Of a DNA stretch of 64,000 nt, positions 40,601 through 53,897 are shown in pieces. Positions within the stretch are counted from its first letter, which is position 1, and each line of letters opens with the position of its first letter. Origin of the DNA: Phoronis australis (taxonomy: Eukaryota; Animalia; Phoronida); NCBI GenBank assembly GCA_002633005.1, contig NMRA01000086.1, positions 862,321 through 926,320 on the forward strand. The letters are read 5' to 3'. The notes below the pieces were generated by a model. The model saw only the letters and a program-made list of their open reading frames with translations. It had not been told where the DNA came from and searched no databases. The position numbers were made by a program, and so were the translations under genes.

Positions 40601-43600
40601 CTATTATCAATTCTGCAAAGAATTACACTAAAATCGACCAAGTCCTTCTCCAAACTATTCTTTTCATCACATCATCTTTTATATTTGAAACAGTATTGAA
40701 TCTAGACAGCAGGTGGCGTTGAAGCATTGTGCTTTTCATGTTTCCCTTCTCAGCCTCTGCACTGGATCAGTCTGCTCCACCCTACAACTACTCATCACTT
40801 ACAACAATTCTCAAGCTTTAAGTGCATTTTCAAAACAAATTTGCAGACAGCATGTCATGCACAAAAACCTACATGAAGCAGCTACCAGAATAATTGTTTC
40901 TGGATGCCTGCTTCTTTCATATCTTTTCTCATTAAAAAAACTAAGGGATTGAAAATCTACCAGATACAAAATTCTACACAAGTCTTAACAACTCCTGCAA
41001 ACTTACTGTCATCATTAGAGCCCCATTCCATCAGGCTGCTGGATGGTATCAGGCTGCTGGATGGTGTCCCTCTCCCTCGACCTCGCCCCGTGGCACCGCC
41101 ATGCCCACCACTGAATCCTCTGCTTTGTGCACCACCAAAGCCTCTGTCTGTAGACATGTCACTTCGTCCGCGCCCTCGTGTCCCACCACGGTCTCCACGA
41201 CCCCTTCCTCTGCCTCGGTCGGCACCCCCTCGCCCTCGATCTCCACGACCTCGATCTCCACGACCTCGATCTCCACGACCTCGACTAGAGGTGCTGGCAA
41301 TATCCCCCTGGCGTACTTGCCTTTCCAACATGGCAATCTTCTTTTCCAGCCGGGCTGTGACAAGTAATTAGAGGATAACTTTTAGTTTGAATATTCTCTC
41401 GTCTCAAGACACTGTGTTCGCAAGATTCTGGACTAAAGTCAGAAATAAAATTCAACCGGTCTTCTACATTCACAAAATGCATATTTTGAGACTAAATTCT
41501 AGTCAACTAGAAATTTGGCTAAAGGCACATACTTGTCTATCAAATCCTACATTACCTTATAAAAAGGACACTAAACCCTGGTTTAGCATAGAAACTAAAG
41601 TCAACCAGGGTTCAGGATTTAATCTCCGAACTCAGATTTCTCAGACTCAAAACTCAAAATAAACGAATCACACAGAATGATTCCAGTAGAAATGGTATTA
41701 ACCTAACTTGAAGTGCACCCAACCATCGGTCAATTTTCAAGTCGAGTTTCGAGACCCGGCACCCAGATTGCGTAACTTTTTGAAACATTATAATGCCCCG
41801 AAACAAATTAAAAGAAAAATCTTTACAAAGAATGCCAAATCTGCAAGTCTAACTAGTTGAGGGATTTAACAATGTCTGGACGGAAAGGCTGGCCCCCTTA
41901 GAGCACAGGATTTGCTTTGTGACAAAGTGAGGAAGTGTTTCACTGAACACAGCTTGGTCACAGCAGTCACTGTACAATCGCATGTGACAGAAGCATGCCA
42001 CGACAGGGTTTAAGCATCCTTCTAAAGATTGTTCACACTTTTAAGAACAGAAAATAACCAATCGGTTACCAATGGTAGATGCCTCCTGGACCTTGGTGTT
42101 GGCATTGTAGAATGGCTGCAACTCTTTCTTCATCTTCATCTTCTTCCGACCATGCTCTTCTTCATACTGTGCACAAAGAGCTGCGATGATCTCTGATTGC
42201 TCCTGCCGGCTACGCCCCTTCTCCTTGCTAGGCTCCGCCCCTTCCACTGGCTCCTCCTCTGTGCTGGTGTCGTTACTCCCCATAGCAGCTTTGTACTGCT
42301 CTAGGTAATTCTTTTTCTGTCAAAAGAAACATTAAATAAAGAAAAAAGTCAACGTGAATGACAGTGAAGGCAGCAATCCTTGCTGCATATTTATGCCAAC
42401 CTACTAATAAAGCCTACATCTATCAGAGGTCTAGATAAGGGGATTTTATCCCAAGTCAAATTAGAGTTGGTCCCCAGCCACTACTAGTTACTACATGGAC
42501 TGAGGTCCAATGAACTCACTAAGAAGGCAGCGCGGTGCTTGAAGCCAACCAGATGAGGCATTATGCTACTGGGACCACACTTGGCTTCGCAGCCTTCGCA
42601 GATGTAGACGGCTTCAATGTCAGGGTCCTCTTTGGTGTGCTCCGTCACCCACTCCAGACCTGTAAGAATGTCAACCACATGTCACATGCTCGACAATCTG
42701 CCAATAACATCTGAAGTGGCAATAAGCGCACACTTGGCCGTCAAAAAACTAACTTTTGACTTAGAGACCTTACCGCTATTAATCTGGTACTGCTTGAGAT
42801 CAGGCTCGTTAAGCTAGCTTGGCATGTCTCCATGTGTCATTTTATGCATTAGGCTCGATTTCAAGCACTACCAAACCGTCCTTTCTTGCCTAGTCTAAAC
42901 ATCATTCATCTAATTAAGGACAGTCATCTAAACGAAAAGTTAGTTTAATGACAATCAAAGGCAGATTAATTGCCATTTGGGTAGAACAAAATGATGCAAT
43001 ACTTCGCATGAGCAAAGTGCATTCACTTTTGATTAAAATGTCCAAATGTTCACAGTGAAAACTACCAACACACTTGCGCCACCTACTGCCGGCGTTGTTG
43101 ACAGTTTGATATCCGAGCGACAAATAATGCAGCACTGGCTCATCTACTCTTGCACATGCACATTTGATTCTCGTCAGTGACTACTTGTTCACCAGACGAG
43201 AGCCAAGCGGAGTGTTGAAATGCGCCCACGAATGCACCTCAAATGGGGTGCTTCTAGGGTTGTTTATTAGTGTCATAAAAATGGCCACTAGATGGCACAA
43301 AAACGTCCAATACATCTGAAAACGGGAACATAGCACCGCTTCTCTAATAAAAAGGCATTTAAAAGTTTCATAAAAATCTATCAAGGAAATTCAGAGAAAC
43401 AAAGGAAAACGGAAAAAAATGAATTTGCCACCAGGGAGCACAACATTCGTTGGATCCGCTTAAAAGTCGTCGTCATCTGTTGTTAGCTTCAAATAAATAC
43501 ACTTACTAAATTTAACAAAGATCCTGCAATGGGATTAGGAGAAACGGCTATGGGCGCAAAACAAAACTACCACTAGGAGGCGCCACAGTAGTCAAAGTTG

Positions 43601-46600
43601 TCATCGTCCTCTTCACACTGAGAACATATATGCCTATTTTCAAAATCATCCTTAGAATGGTTTGGTTGATAGGTGGACTCAAAAACAGCAAAAACGGCCA
43701 CTAGGTGGCGCAAACTGGGAGGATACCGTCACCTCACTAATAGATGCCTATAGTCCAAATTTTATGAAAATCCAAAATCCATTCTGGACCTTTGAAGACA
43801 CAGAGGTAAATGTAAAAAACTTAAACTGCCATTAGGGGGCACACCGCTAGTCAAATCCGTCCAAAAGTTGTGTTTGCCTGTTGTCAACATCATATATTTA
43901 CACTTGCTAAATTTAGTAAAGATCCTGCAACCAGTTTAGGAGATACAGCCATGGGCGCAAAAAACAAAACACATATGCCACTAGGAGGCGCCACAGTAGT
44001 CGAAGTCGTAGGAAAATCATCACGAGTTGTCCTCTTCATAGTAAGAACATACATGCCAATATTCACAATCATCCTCAAAGACGTTTGGTTGACAGAGAGG
44101 TGGACGTCAAAAAACAGGTTCGAAAACAGCAAAATGGCCAATAGGTGGCGCAAACTATGTCGAATCCATCAGAAAACATATATTAGATGCCTGCCTATAC
44201 GCAAATTTTTATGAAAATACGTTGAGGGCCTTTGAAGATACAGAGGTAAACGTAAAAAACTTAAATTGCCACTAGGGGCACATCGGTACTCAGATCCGTC
44301 CGAATGTTTGCTTATGCTGTCCTATTCATGAAAGGAACACATTTCATGAACAAACGTCAAAGGCTTTTGGAGATAGAGCAGCGGACGCCGGACAGACGGA
44401 TGCCAGACGGACGAACGGAGATGACGGCATAATACGTCCACATATAAATATGTGATGTGAACTTCATAAACTTCCATTTAATAATTTTAAGTTGCATTTT
44501 GCCCTGTAAAGCTGGCTAAACAACAAAAAACAGAATTAGCACTTTTACTCTCAATAAATTTGTCCATAATATTCCTCATCACGATAGTACAGTTACCAAG
44601 TCACCGGCAAAGCGTACATGTGCCATTTTCAAATTCGCACCTTTAGGGCTGACCAACCCCAATAAACTCTGAAGTATTTCCTTGATTCGCAGATGGTTTT
44701 GATGTTCTTGTTGGTAATGGAAATAGAAGAAATATTTGGAGATCGGATTTGGTAGAGTACAATGCCCAGTTTTCATTTTTAGCCATCGTTAAAATAGTTT
44801 CTTTTCAATAAGCAATTCCAATTGTACAACAAAAGGCCTACCAGGATTAGGAATATTTACTACGGTTTTCATTCAGGAATGTGTTTCAGGGAAACGACGA
44901 ATGTCTTAATTGTAAGATTTGCAACTTTCAACAAAGAAGTTATGGAACCAAGAGTTAAACATTCGTTCAGAAAAACAATAACCAGCTTACCCACAAGAGG
45001 CTTTGGATATGTTTCAAGGTTCTCTGCAATGCGTACTTTCTTCGAAGACCCAGCAGATCTACCTGGCTTTCCCTTTACAGGAGGTGCTACAAGTAAACTG
45101 TAATCGTCAGCACCAGAGGAGTAACTGTACTAATAACACCTTAGGCTGATAATACTTGATACAATGTTTTGTTTATGCAATGACAACAGTCTGGATGTTT
45201 TTCTACAAACTTAGTCTGGGGGAATTAAGAGTATGCATGATCGAGAAACTTTAAAGATATACAACACACAGGTTAAAGAATAATCCATCAACAAAACTTG
45301 CATTCGTTTACACACAGAAATGAAATTTTGACTTCAGTAACATGAAATGTTGCACGCAAGCGAAAGGATTAGAGATGACTATACTTGTCGGACTCGGCTC
45401 ACAAATGTGTTCTTTCAAAATCCTAGAATCTAGGTAAATCATTTGCAGCTCTATCTCGACAAAAGAGGAAAATCGGATTTAGGATGAGGCTTCTGGTATT
45501 CTTCAACAAGAAGATATTCACTTATTTATTTTTCAAAAAGTAGTATACACAGGAACTAAAAGAGAACCTGCTTCTACTAGACATTCATTCGTTAACATGC
45601 TAAGGATTTGATGCTGCAAGAAATGACTGAAGACGATCAAAATACAATACTATCAGGTGGGTTTCAAGTTCAAGATGGAGAAGTGGTTTGGGTCCGCACC
45701 CATAACTACTTGTCCCTTTGCTGTACTCCACAGTACAGCAGTCATACCAGACTTACTTATGGATGGACTCAACGACACTATTACACTTTGGTCAGAGATA
45801 AGATCCAGAGTTAGCAAATGAATATCCCAAGTTTAGGCTTGTAATGCGCGATCACAGCCATCAAAGCCAGAATACACCAGTCACACAGCTGTGATCACCA
45901 CATATCTGGATAGAGTATCTCTGAATGTATTTGTGTTTACAGAGTTCAGCCAATGGGTGGTCCAGGGACAACGTATTTATGAGTCCAACCACAGAATTGT
46001 CTCCCCTTGCTCGTTCATCAGCAATAAATATGAACAAAGACAACAGTGTGCCTCGTAATTTTAAAGAATGAAGTGAGAGCATGAAGATCTCTCACAGTTG
46101 TGAAAAAGAGCTTAGAATCAAAGGGTTGCCCCAATGTCTCTGTCACACATCAAAAGAGCTTAGAATCACAGGGTTGCCCCAATGTCTCTGTCACACATCA
46201 AATGAGCTTAGAATCACAGGGTTTCCCCAATGTCTCTATCACACATCAAAACTGCTTAGAACCACAGGGTTGCCCCAATGTCTCTGTCAAACATCAATAG
46301 AGCTTAGAATCACAGGGTTGCCCCAAAGTCTCTGTCACACATCAAAAGAGCTTAGAATCACAGTGTTGCGCCAATGTCTCTATCACACATCAAAATTGCT
46401 TAGAATCACAGTGGTGCCCCAATGTCTCTGTCAAACATCAATAGAGCTTAGAATCACAGTGTTGTCCCAATGTCTCTGTCACACATCAAACGAGCTTAGA
46501 ATCACAGGGTTTCCCCAATGTCTCTGTCAAACATCAATAGAGCTTAGAATCACAGGGTTGCCCCAATGTCTCTCTGTCACATATCAGAAGATAACATTTA

Positions 46601-49600
46601 CAGCAGAAATCGATAACAAAATAACTTTGTATAGTTTTGTTTTCAATACACTCTATGTAGCACTAAAATAACTGTCAGGGTTCTTGAAACCCTTTCATGT
46701 TTCAAAAGCTAAGAAGTTTATATTTTCAGAAACCACGACAACTAAAAAAAATCTTAATTCCTGTCATAAAACATTGCACAATTGTTTAAAATCCTGTGAC
46801 CAGCCATGTTTGCTTTGAACATGACAAAAGTTCTAAAAAATAATAATTTCGTGAAAGTGAACAGGTGCTTGCTTCCCCGACGTTTTTTCTTATAACAGAG
46901 GGAACAAATACTACGGAAACAGCCCATCAGTAACTGGACTGAACATTTGAATGGTATTTCCAAAAAGAAATTTTAACAATCATATCCTCTTGAAATACAA
47001 GCAGAGCGCAGAAATTTCAAATTAAAATCTGAATCTTGTCAAATAGTGAGAAAACAAGGTTCAGATGTTAAGACAATTCAAACCGCTTTAGCTTCATGTG
47101 CACACAAATGGTGGCACCACAGACTATAGTAGGTGGACCGCCAACTCTGTATATTCTTAATGCAAAAGGTGGCACCACAGACTATAGTAGGTGGACCGCC
47201 AACTCTGTATATTCTTAATGCAAAAGATCTGTGAAGTTGTAAGTGCAGAGGTGCCACCACTCACTAGTGGCGCCATCTGGAGCCACACGCTTAACTTCCA
47301 TCATGTACGTCTCGATACATGAACTGGAAATCCACGAAGACGGTGAGTTGTGCTTGAGCGTGGAATTCAAACGGCATAATCAGAGTTGCAAATCTGTCTA
47401 TCTATGATGGCACAGCAGTGAGTTGTGTGCTCGCCAGTATTTCTCAAATTAGGACAAAAACCTAGGCATCAAGTGTTTTCCAGAGGAAACACTCAACACT
47501 AGGTTTCACTCACCCCCTTGAGCGTTTAGCTGGACATTCTGAAACAGAGCAACAAGTCGATCACAGCAAAACCAGGGCCCGAGACCATCCAACTTTGCTC
47601 CAGGCTTGACTTCGAAATAGTCTGACTACACTGACTGAACTTTCAAAGTTTACATGAGATAGGCAGCGCAACTGGTCAATTTTTTTATCCGAGCCTTGAG
47701 TAACTCTAGGCAGTCTCGGGCCCAAAACAAATGGCATCCATTTTGAAGATTCAGCAGGAACCATGGGAACAATTTCACATCTTAATTGGCAATCATTTCC
47801 TTGCCTAAGAGCATAGCTATTTTTGTTTTCATGCACATACCAATGAGACGTGATATAGCACGAAACAGTATGCTGTAAATACAACACGTTTGAGCAACAT
47901 GTTGCGTTAAATAAAATTCATTTTTTACCATATCTGTTCAGTTTAAAATCCACATTTGATGGAATGCCCAATCTTAAATTGGCCTTACACATGACCTCCG
48001 ATTTTAAATCTCAATTTGAACACCCGGGCACAACCCCAAACAAATATGGTATATACCATTTAGTTAAGCTCTGATATGCAGATAACAACGTTATACCAAA
48101 GCTAAACCACAAAAAACAGTAACTTGTTGGAGTGAAAATATTTCCTGTCTGATTTTGCTGTTTCTTTAGCAGAATGTCTGTAACTGAAGACACAAGCTGG
48201 TAACTAGCACATAGTTCCCAGAATCTGACTTACAAAAAGCCGCATTTCGCTCCGTTTAGGTGCCTAAACAACGAAAATGAAAAAGGACCTTTTACTCTTA
48301 TACAACCGGTCTCATAACATTCCTCACCATGATAGGATTCCATTGTTGCTAATTCAAGTCGCAGGGCAATGTGTACAAGCTCCATCTACAAACTCGCAAT
48401 TTTAAGGTTGTCCAACTCCAAGAAACTCTGAAGCATTGTTTAAGTCATTGATGGTTTTGTCATTCTTGTTGCTAACACAAACAGAATCCTATCATGGCCA
48501 GGAATATCACGAGACTCATTTATGAGTCGTAAAAGGCCCAATTCGATTTTTGTTATTTAGACAACTAAATAGGTGAAAATGCAGCTTTAAAGTGAGAAAT
48601 CTGCGTAGCGAAAAATGCTATCCACGGCCAGACCCTAGTCTGCACTGATAGCCAACAATCCACACGACAAACTCTCTTTAAGCTCACATACAGCGTCATC
48701 CCACAAACCTCTAAACAATCTCTGGGAAAAAATTTAGAGGTTCTTCAATACGATCTTTCCTAATTTCACAAGACTGCATCAAGGACTGGTTTCTGCAGCT
48801 AATTTCTCCCCATCAAGTTGATTTTTTCTAGATAATATTTTAACCTTGATGTTCCACTGTATATAGCTTATAAATACAGGGCTGTAACAACCAACCATAA
48901 TGGAACCTAACAAAGTGAGAGGTACGATTTTATTTTTAAAATTTCTCTTTTACTTTTGGGTTACTGAGCCCGGTTGCATGAAACAGTCCCAAACAGGGAC
49001 TCAACTGAGTTCCTGAATCTCCTGTATATCTACGTTGTTTTTTACAGATATTTCCAATTTTTTATCTCATTTTATTTTCAATATGAGCCCTTCTTTTCTT
49101 TGACTAACGACATTTTCTGACAATATAACTAAAAACTGAACTTTTAGTTCAATGAAAATAAGTTGGGACTAAGTCCTTAAATTAGGAAGCGTTGAACGAA
49201 AAGATCCCTTCTAATTTCCAATAATATTGAGAATTCCAAGTAGAGTTCAATCCCAGTTTGTATCAAGAAAACATTGAGTAAAACAGCAAACAAAAGGACA
49301 ATGACTGCTTTCACAAGTCCACAAACACACAGTAGATTAAGGGACTTAGTTGAATCCCTTGGCCTATTATATGCAACTGGACACTGGAATCTAATCAAAT
49401 GCCTTGGTTAAATATGTCATTACAGCCCTTATGTCAAGTTAATGAACAGCAAAGATGAAAAGCTGAAGTGTAACATACAGCAATATGATCACTTCAGAGA
49501 TTTGCACATTTGCTGTAACAGTACATATAAAAATGCAGTCCACCTTGTTTAGCTGGATAAAAATGCAAATCAAACTCGGCGTTTTGTTCCCATAAAACCA

Positions 49601-52276
49601 ACCCCATATTCTGTACCGTGATAACATTTTAATGTCATTACCAACTCAAGTCAAAGACAATGCGAACATGCGCCATTTTCAGATTCGCAATTTCAGGATT
49701 GGCCAACTCCACTAAACTCCAAAACATTTTCTTGAGTTGCTGATGTTTTCTACATTCGTGTTGGTAAAGGGAATAGATCTCTATCGTGGTAAGGAGTATT
49801 ACATCTAGTACCACACCAATTTCTGAGAGTAAAAGGCCTAATTCGATTTTCATTTTGGCCAGCTAAATGGGGCGAAATGCACTTTCAAATGCAAGAAACT
49901 GAAGACGACAGACAAACCCAAGCATTGATCTCTTTTTCCACTAAACCATTGGCAGCTCTCATATTCTTTTTATAGGTTACACTGGGTGTAAAACCAGCAA
50001 GCTCACCACAACTTGCCAAAATTTGATTGGTGCTGAGCGAAAACTTCAGATTCCTGAACCAATCAAATGTGAGCAAGTTTTAAAGCTGAATGACCCAGTG
50101 TACATCATGATGCACCCACAGTGTCATTCATGTGGTCTACGTATTTGTGGCTTGGGGACGTTACGAGATCAACGCATAGCATACGTCTGTCGTACAAAGA
50201 ACTGAACGCACGTAAATTGGTGAAAGACACTCCTCAAATAAATCTAGTGCATGATCTACAGTGTTTGAGCGCAGATGTATCTCTGCTTGATTAAATCCAC
50301 AAGTAAAGACATGCTAGTACTAGATTCTCACCAATCCACCGTAGCTTTGGCACTTCATGAAACCATGAGAATGCTTACCAAACTGGGTTCAACTTAATAA
50401 GAAATTGCTTAGTTTCTATTCCTAATATTGCCTTCATTCTGACACTGGTTGCAAATTGTACGCGGAACAATCTTCACTCGCTCATAGTTGGTCACTCTTT
50501 GCCAGACATCCTGACACAGATCAGTGTCAATGGACATTAAGGCAGAGGTCACCAACATAGGTGGAGCTTCGGTGGCTTGCATCACTTCTACCATTTGGTA
50601 CGCACGGTGTTCTTATCACGACAGGAGGCAAGATGGTCGGAACATCTCGCACAACCTCATAGCATCTGCTACCAAGTTGTATTTGTGTCGCCAAATCGGA
50701 CACAAATGCCCACCGGCCCAATTTGCAACCATTTAATGCCAGTGTAAAAATTACTTTCAAAACAGGTCTGTAGTCAGGAAAAGTAAGCTGGGGTCGATAG
50801 AACTCCCAGATCAATAGGGAAGCTTCTTGTTAGAGTCCACTTGTAATTCCACTAATAAGACTGAATTCAAAGCACTTCATTGTAGCAACCAAGAAACAAT
50901 GCCCCCTACTGGCTACAAATAAGGTCTACCTATAGCCTAAGAGACAACACTGACGTTTGAACCAAATGTATATTCATACCCGTTGGTGGCGTGCCCCGGC
51001 CAAGTGAGACTTGTACGGTTCTGGTCCAACACAGAAGATGTTACAAATCTGCAATAGAGCGACAAAACCAAAAGTTGTTAGTGAGTCACAGTAATTTCAA
51101 TCAGTACATCTTGGTCGATATAAACGTGGCAACACGAAAAGAAAAACAGCTTAAGCTTAAGAGCTTAGCCTTGCTGCAAAACCTCAAGGCAGCTTTCACT
51201 CCACAGTTCATTTCCAAGAAATAACTATGGATCAAATTGCACAGAGATCCTGAAGGAAGATCAACGGGTTAGAGGTTCAGATGCCCAACCAAAAATAGGC
51301 CAATACTCACGTCACATTGTATTTTGTTGGCATCTTCTTTCTCCAAGCTGTGACCACCTGTTACAGGTACCTTCTTTTCACTAAGTCCACCACCATTACC
51401 CCACCCCCTGGCTCCTCCCACAGATACGCCTCGACCACGGGAACCTCTGCCACGACTGGGCGCAGGCGCTACAGTGAACAATGTTAAGAAGCACTTTGAA
51501 TATTAGTTCTGTCGACAGCCATAGTAGTAAGAGCTTTTCCAACTGGTGCGTAGCGCGTTTATGAAATAAAATAATGACTTCACAAAAAGAGCAATGAAAC
51601 ACGGAACATTTTTAGGCAAAAACCCACGCCTGTCTGATAGGCACTTTACTTCATAATTAAATTGCTACGTTATTATAAACACAACCACATACTGTTATGC
51701 AAATTAGAACAAGCAATATTTATGATGTCACAACCAAAGGAGTTGGTGGGAAGGGTAAGGCAAGTTGCGATGGAGTTTAACTAACCGTACTTTGGCTAAT
51801 TGGAAACCAACCATCAATTTCATAAGGGACTTTGAAAGCAGATACCTAAATTTATATTTCTTATGAGTTGAAAATAGGCAATTTAATGTTATTTGATGAA
51901 ATACGAATTCAAAGAACTTCAAGAAGGTTAACCAAGCACCTCAAGTAACATGTGATTAAACAAAATTTGCAGTATACTTTTACTGTCCAGCAGCAGATGT
52001 ACAGGTGGGGGAGCTCTCTCAACCGCCATGGCCAAACACCACAACACCACCTGCATGCCAATTCTAGGGCAATCCTGAACACCTTGTACTTAAGACTGAA
52101 TGAGTAAACCTCCCTCAATAAAACAATAGATGCGACTGTTCTCTACTAATACTATAATGTAAATTTAACTTATGAACCGTGATAACTATATCAAGTTAGA
52201 AAGTCGAGTGTCTAAGATACATACCAGGATTATTGAAATCTGTGTAATCTTGATCGTAACTGAAGTCGGTGAACAT
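34690..52276 (-). CDS. Putative RNA-binding protein (~500 aa) with a C2H2/matrin-like zinc finger, RGG boxes and a G/Y-rich low-complexity region (resembles the uncharacterised CG7065-like proteins)
   Basis: Phase-consistent GT-AG exons: 52225-52276, 51311-51468, 47514-47538 (tentative), 44991-45086, 42520-42659, 42070-42316, 41007-41354, 40290-40389, 38677-38740, 37534-37662, 36857-36967, 34690-34725 (sum 1506 nt, open frame). Motif PLVGLEWVTE...YICEGC...MPHLVGFKHRAAFL; (RGRGD)n; AATAAA at about 34043. The 5' exons are less certain. Confidence 0.78.
34852..35369. mobile_element. Non-autonomous TTAA-flanked (Kolobok-like) element
   Basis: ttaa|ggtcacacaggaccct ... agggtcctacataact|ttaa: imperfect TIR with TTAA at both ends. 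Confidence 0.55.
36270..36448. mobile_element. Short MITE, same family as 27225-27385
   Basis: Shared tcagttaagctgtcactcaaaatcctggcgat-ggtcaatt end and ggtggcttggaaac core. Confidence 0.65.
38092..38240. mobile_element. PIF/Harbinger-like MITE, same family as 22276-22424
   Basis: Shared gctggataagtttgattgttgcatgacgtcaggtgcatt core; 3-bp TSD ctg. Confidence 0.7.
38818..40250. mobile_element. Degenerate copy of the internally repetitive (Helentron/DINE-1-like) element found at 43195-44440
   Basis: Shares the start gttgaaatgcgcccac-a-tgcacc...cttctagggttgtttatt and gccactag-gggcg subrepeats; the right boundary is approximate. Confidence 0.5.
43195..44440. mobile_element. Helentron/DINE-1-like non-autonomous element with ~140-bp internal subrepeats
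   Basis: Eight ~140-bp subunits with a higher-order ~430-bp duplication (43400-43860 vs 43860-44290), ending in a (gacg/ggac)n microsatellite at about 44383-44420. Confidence 0.6.
46105..46580. repeat. Minisatellite, 57 bp x ~8.3
   Basis: gagcttagaatcacagggttgccccaatgtctctgtcacacatcaaaa-type units. Confidence 0.95.
47110..47226. repeat. Tandem duplication, ~59 bp x2
   Basis: ggtggcaccacagactatagtaggtggaccgccaactctgtatattcttaatgcaaaa occurs twice. Confidence 0.9.
48236..48590. mobile_element. Foldback MITE with ~115-bp imperfect inverted arms
   Basis: aaagccgcatttcg...ccttttactc...ccatgataggattc pairs with gaatcctatcatgg...gtaaaaggcc...aatgcagctttaa. Confidence 0.65.
48968..49383. mobile_element. 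Harbinger-like MITE relic
   Basis: gcccggttgcat...gggactcaactgagttcc versus gggacttagttgaatccc...atgcaactggac, inverted ends. Confidence 0.45.
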
Positions 52277-53897
52277 TGCTGAAAGGTATGAAGAAAAACA
52301 GATAAATCAAATGTGTTTATAAATCAGTCTACAGATGAACAGCTATACATTGATCACAAGACACTGGAAAAGATGAGTTCCCATTTTACTATTAAAACGG
52401 CATCCATTAGAAGCTGTACTGGCTCTGAAAATTTAAAGCAGATGTACTTAATATTAAGTTAGACATTTTGGACTTACCGTAGTCGATGTTGACATACTAG
52501 TTAAAAAGTTGATCTTTTTTGAGCAAATTGTTTCCGTACTCAGTTTCAAACATACAGTGTAATACTTCTATTTTGAAGTCACTGAATAAAGAAATGGTTA
52601 AAACTTTTTTATTTCCACTTCACTGTACTGTGGGTGGATGCATCACTACATGGCACAGCGATACCGGTGGACTGCAAGTACTAGTAGGAACATGATGTGT
52701 TCAGTCTTTGGGTGGAAATTTGGACTCCCAGTTTTAGAATCCTCAAACATTTTGCTATTTTCTATAGGTCCTAGACATTTGTCCTGAAGTGTCAAAGTCC
52801 ATCAAGGGCATTACAAAAATCAGCTTGACAAAATTCGCCATTGGAAGAGGAGTTTATACAGGTCTCCATAACTGGGAGTCCAAATTTTAAAAAAAATTCA
52901 GACCGAACACGCCTTGTTGCAGCCAGCATTAGCGGTGGGTAGGTACCCCAGTGGCCACAGCGCCATGCAGTGGTGTTTACATAATAGTGATATAATACTC
53001 TGGAGAGGGTGTGGTCACTTAAACCAAGAAGAAGATACATAAACTTAATAGGAGAGTACACTTAGTTGAAATAAAAGTCATTTGAATAACATAAAACTTT
53101 TATTAATTCAATGACTTTAAAATGGAGTTATACTCCAAATTTTGTAAAATGGTTTGCACGTGCATTTGCTTTTCGTTGACTGAGTTGCGTTAACACCATG
53201 ATCAGGAACTCGATCTTCTGTCGTATCAGAATCTGGGTCAACATCCGTAGCTGAAACAGCTCCAGTTTTGTAAAATACAATTTGTCGAATGCAGTTGTCA
53301 TTTCATAACAGAAGATAGAGGCAATACTGGCTATCCAAATTGTCGGAATTACTCCCCCTGAAAATGTAAATGTTGTGCAATGCCGCTGTCAAAGTAGGGT
53401 TGTGAACGGCATGGCAGTTTTTCACAGGGGAAATCATAGATATTGGATCAGTCAACGAAACTCCTTACAAATTAATGAGATGAGCTCAATTTCGATTGGC
53501 TGACGTCATGAGAAATGCACCAAAAGCAATCACTATAGGTCTAAGTCACTTAGACTCTAAGTGAGAAATGCAACACCCAATAAGATTGGAGTATGGTGAC
53601 CAAACTTTGTGTTAAATTGATTGGCAGAGAAAGCATGGAATTCAATGCTTGCCAATTTCAAATTTTTGTAGGGAGACGAGAAAAAATTGACGATTTTCCG
53701 AAGAGTTTTCTGACAAGCTGCGAATCTGTACGTTCTTCAAGGTGTATCACAGTAAAGTAACTGTTGAGATCAATTTCAAAAGATTAAGAGGCCTAATTCT
53801 ATTTTTTTAGCCAGCTAAAGAAGTGGAAATACAGCTTTAATTTGGGAGTGCAAATTCTTGTGAAAGAAATGGAGACAGGCACGTTATGATCATGTTG

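Noticed and set aside
40904-41371. Plus-strand Pro/Arg-rich and Ser/Thr-rich ORFs
   Set aside because: Antisense shadows of the RGG exon.
46081-46671. 196-aa ORF of 19-aa Cys-containing repeats
   Set aside because: It is the translation of a 57-bp minisatellite (multiple of 3) lying antisense within an intron; nothing else supports coding.
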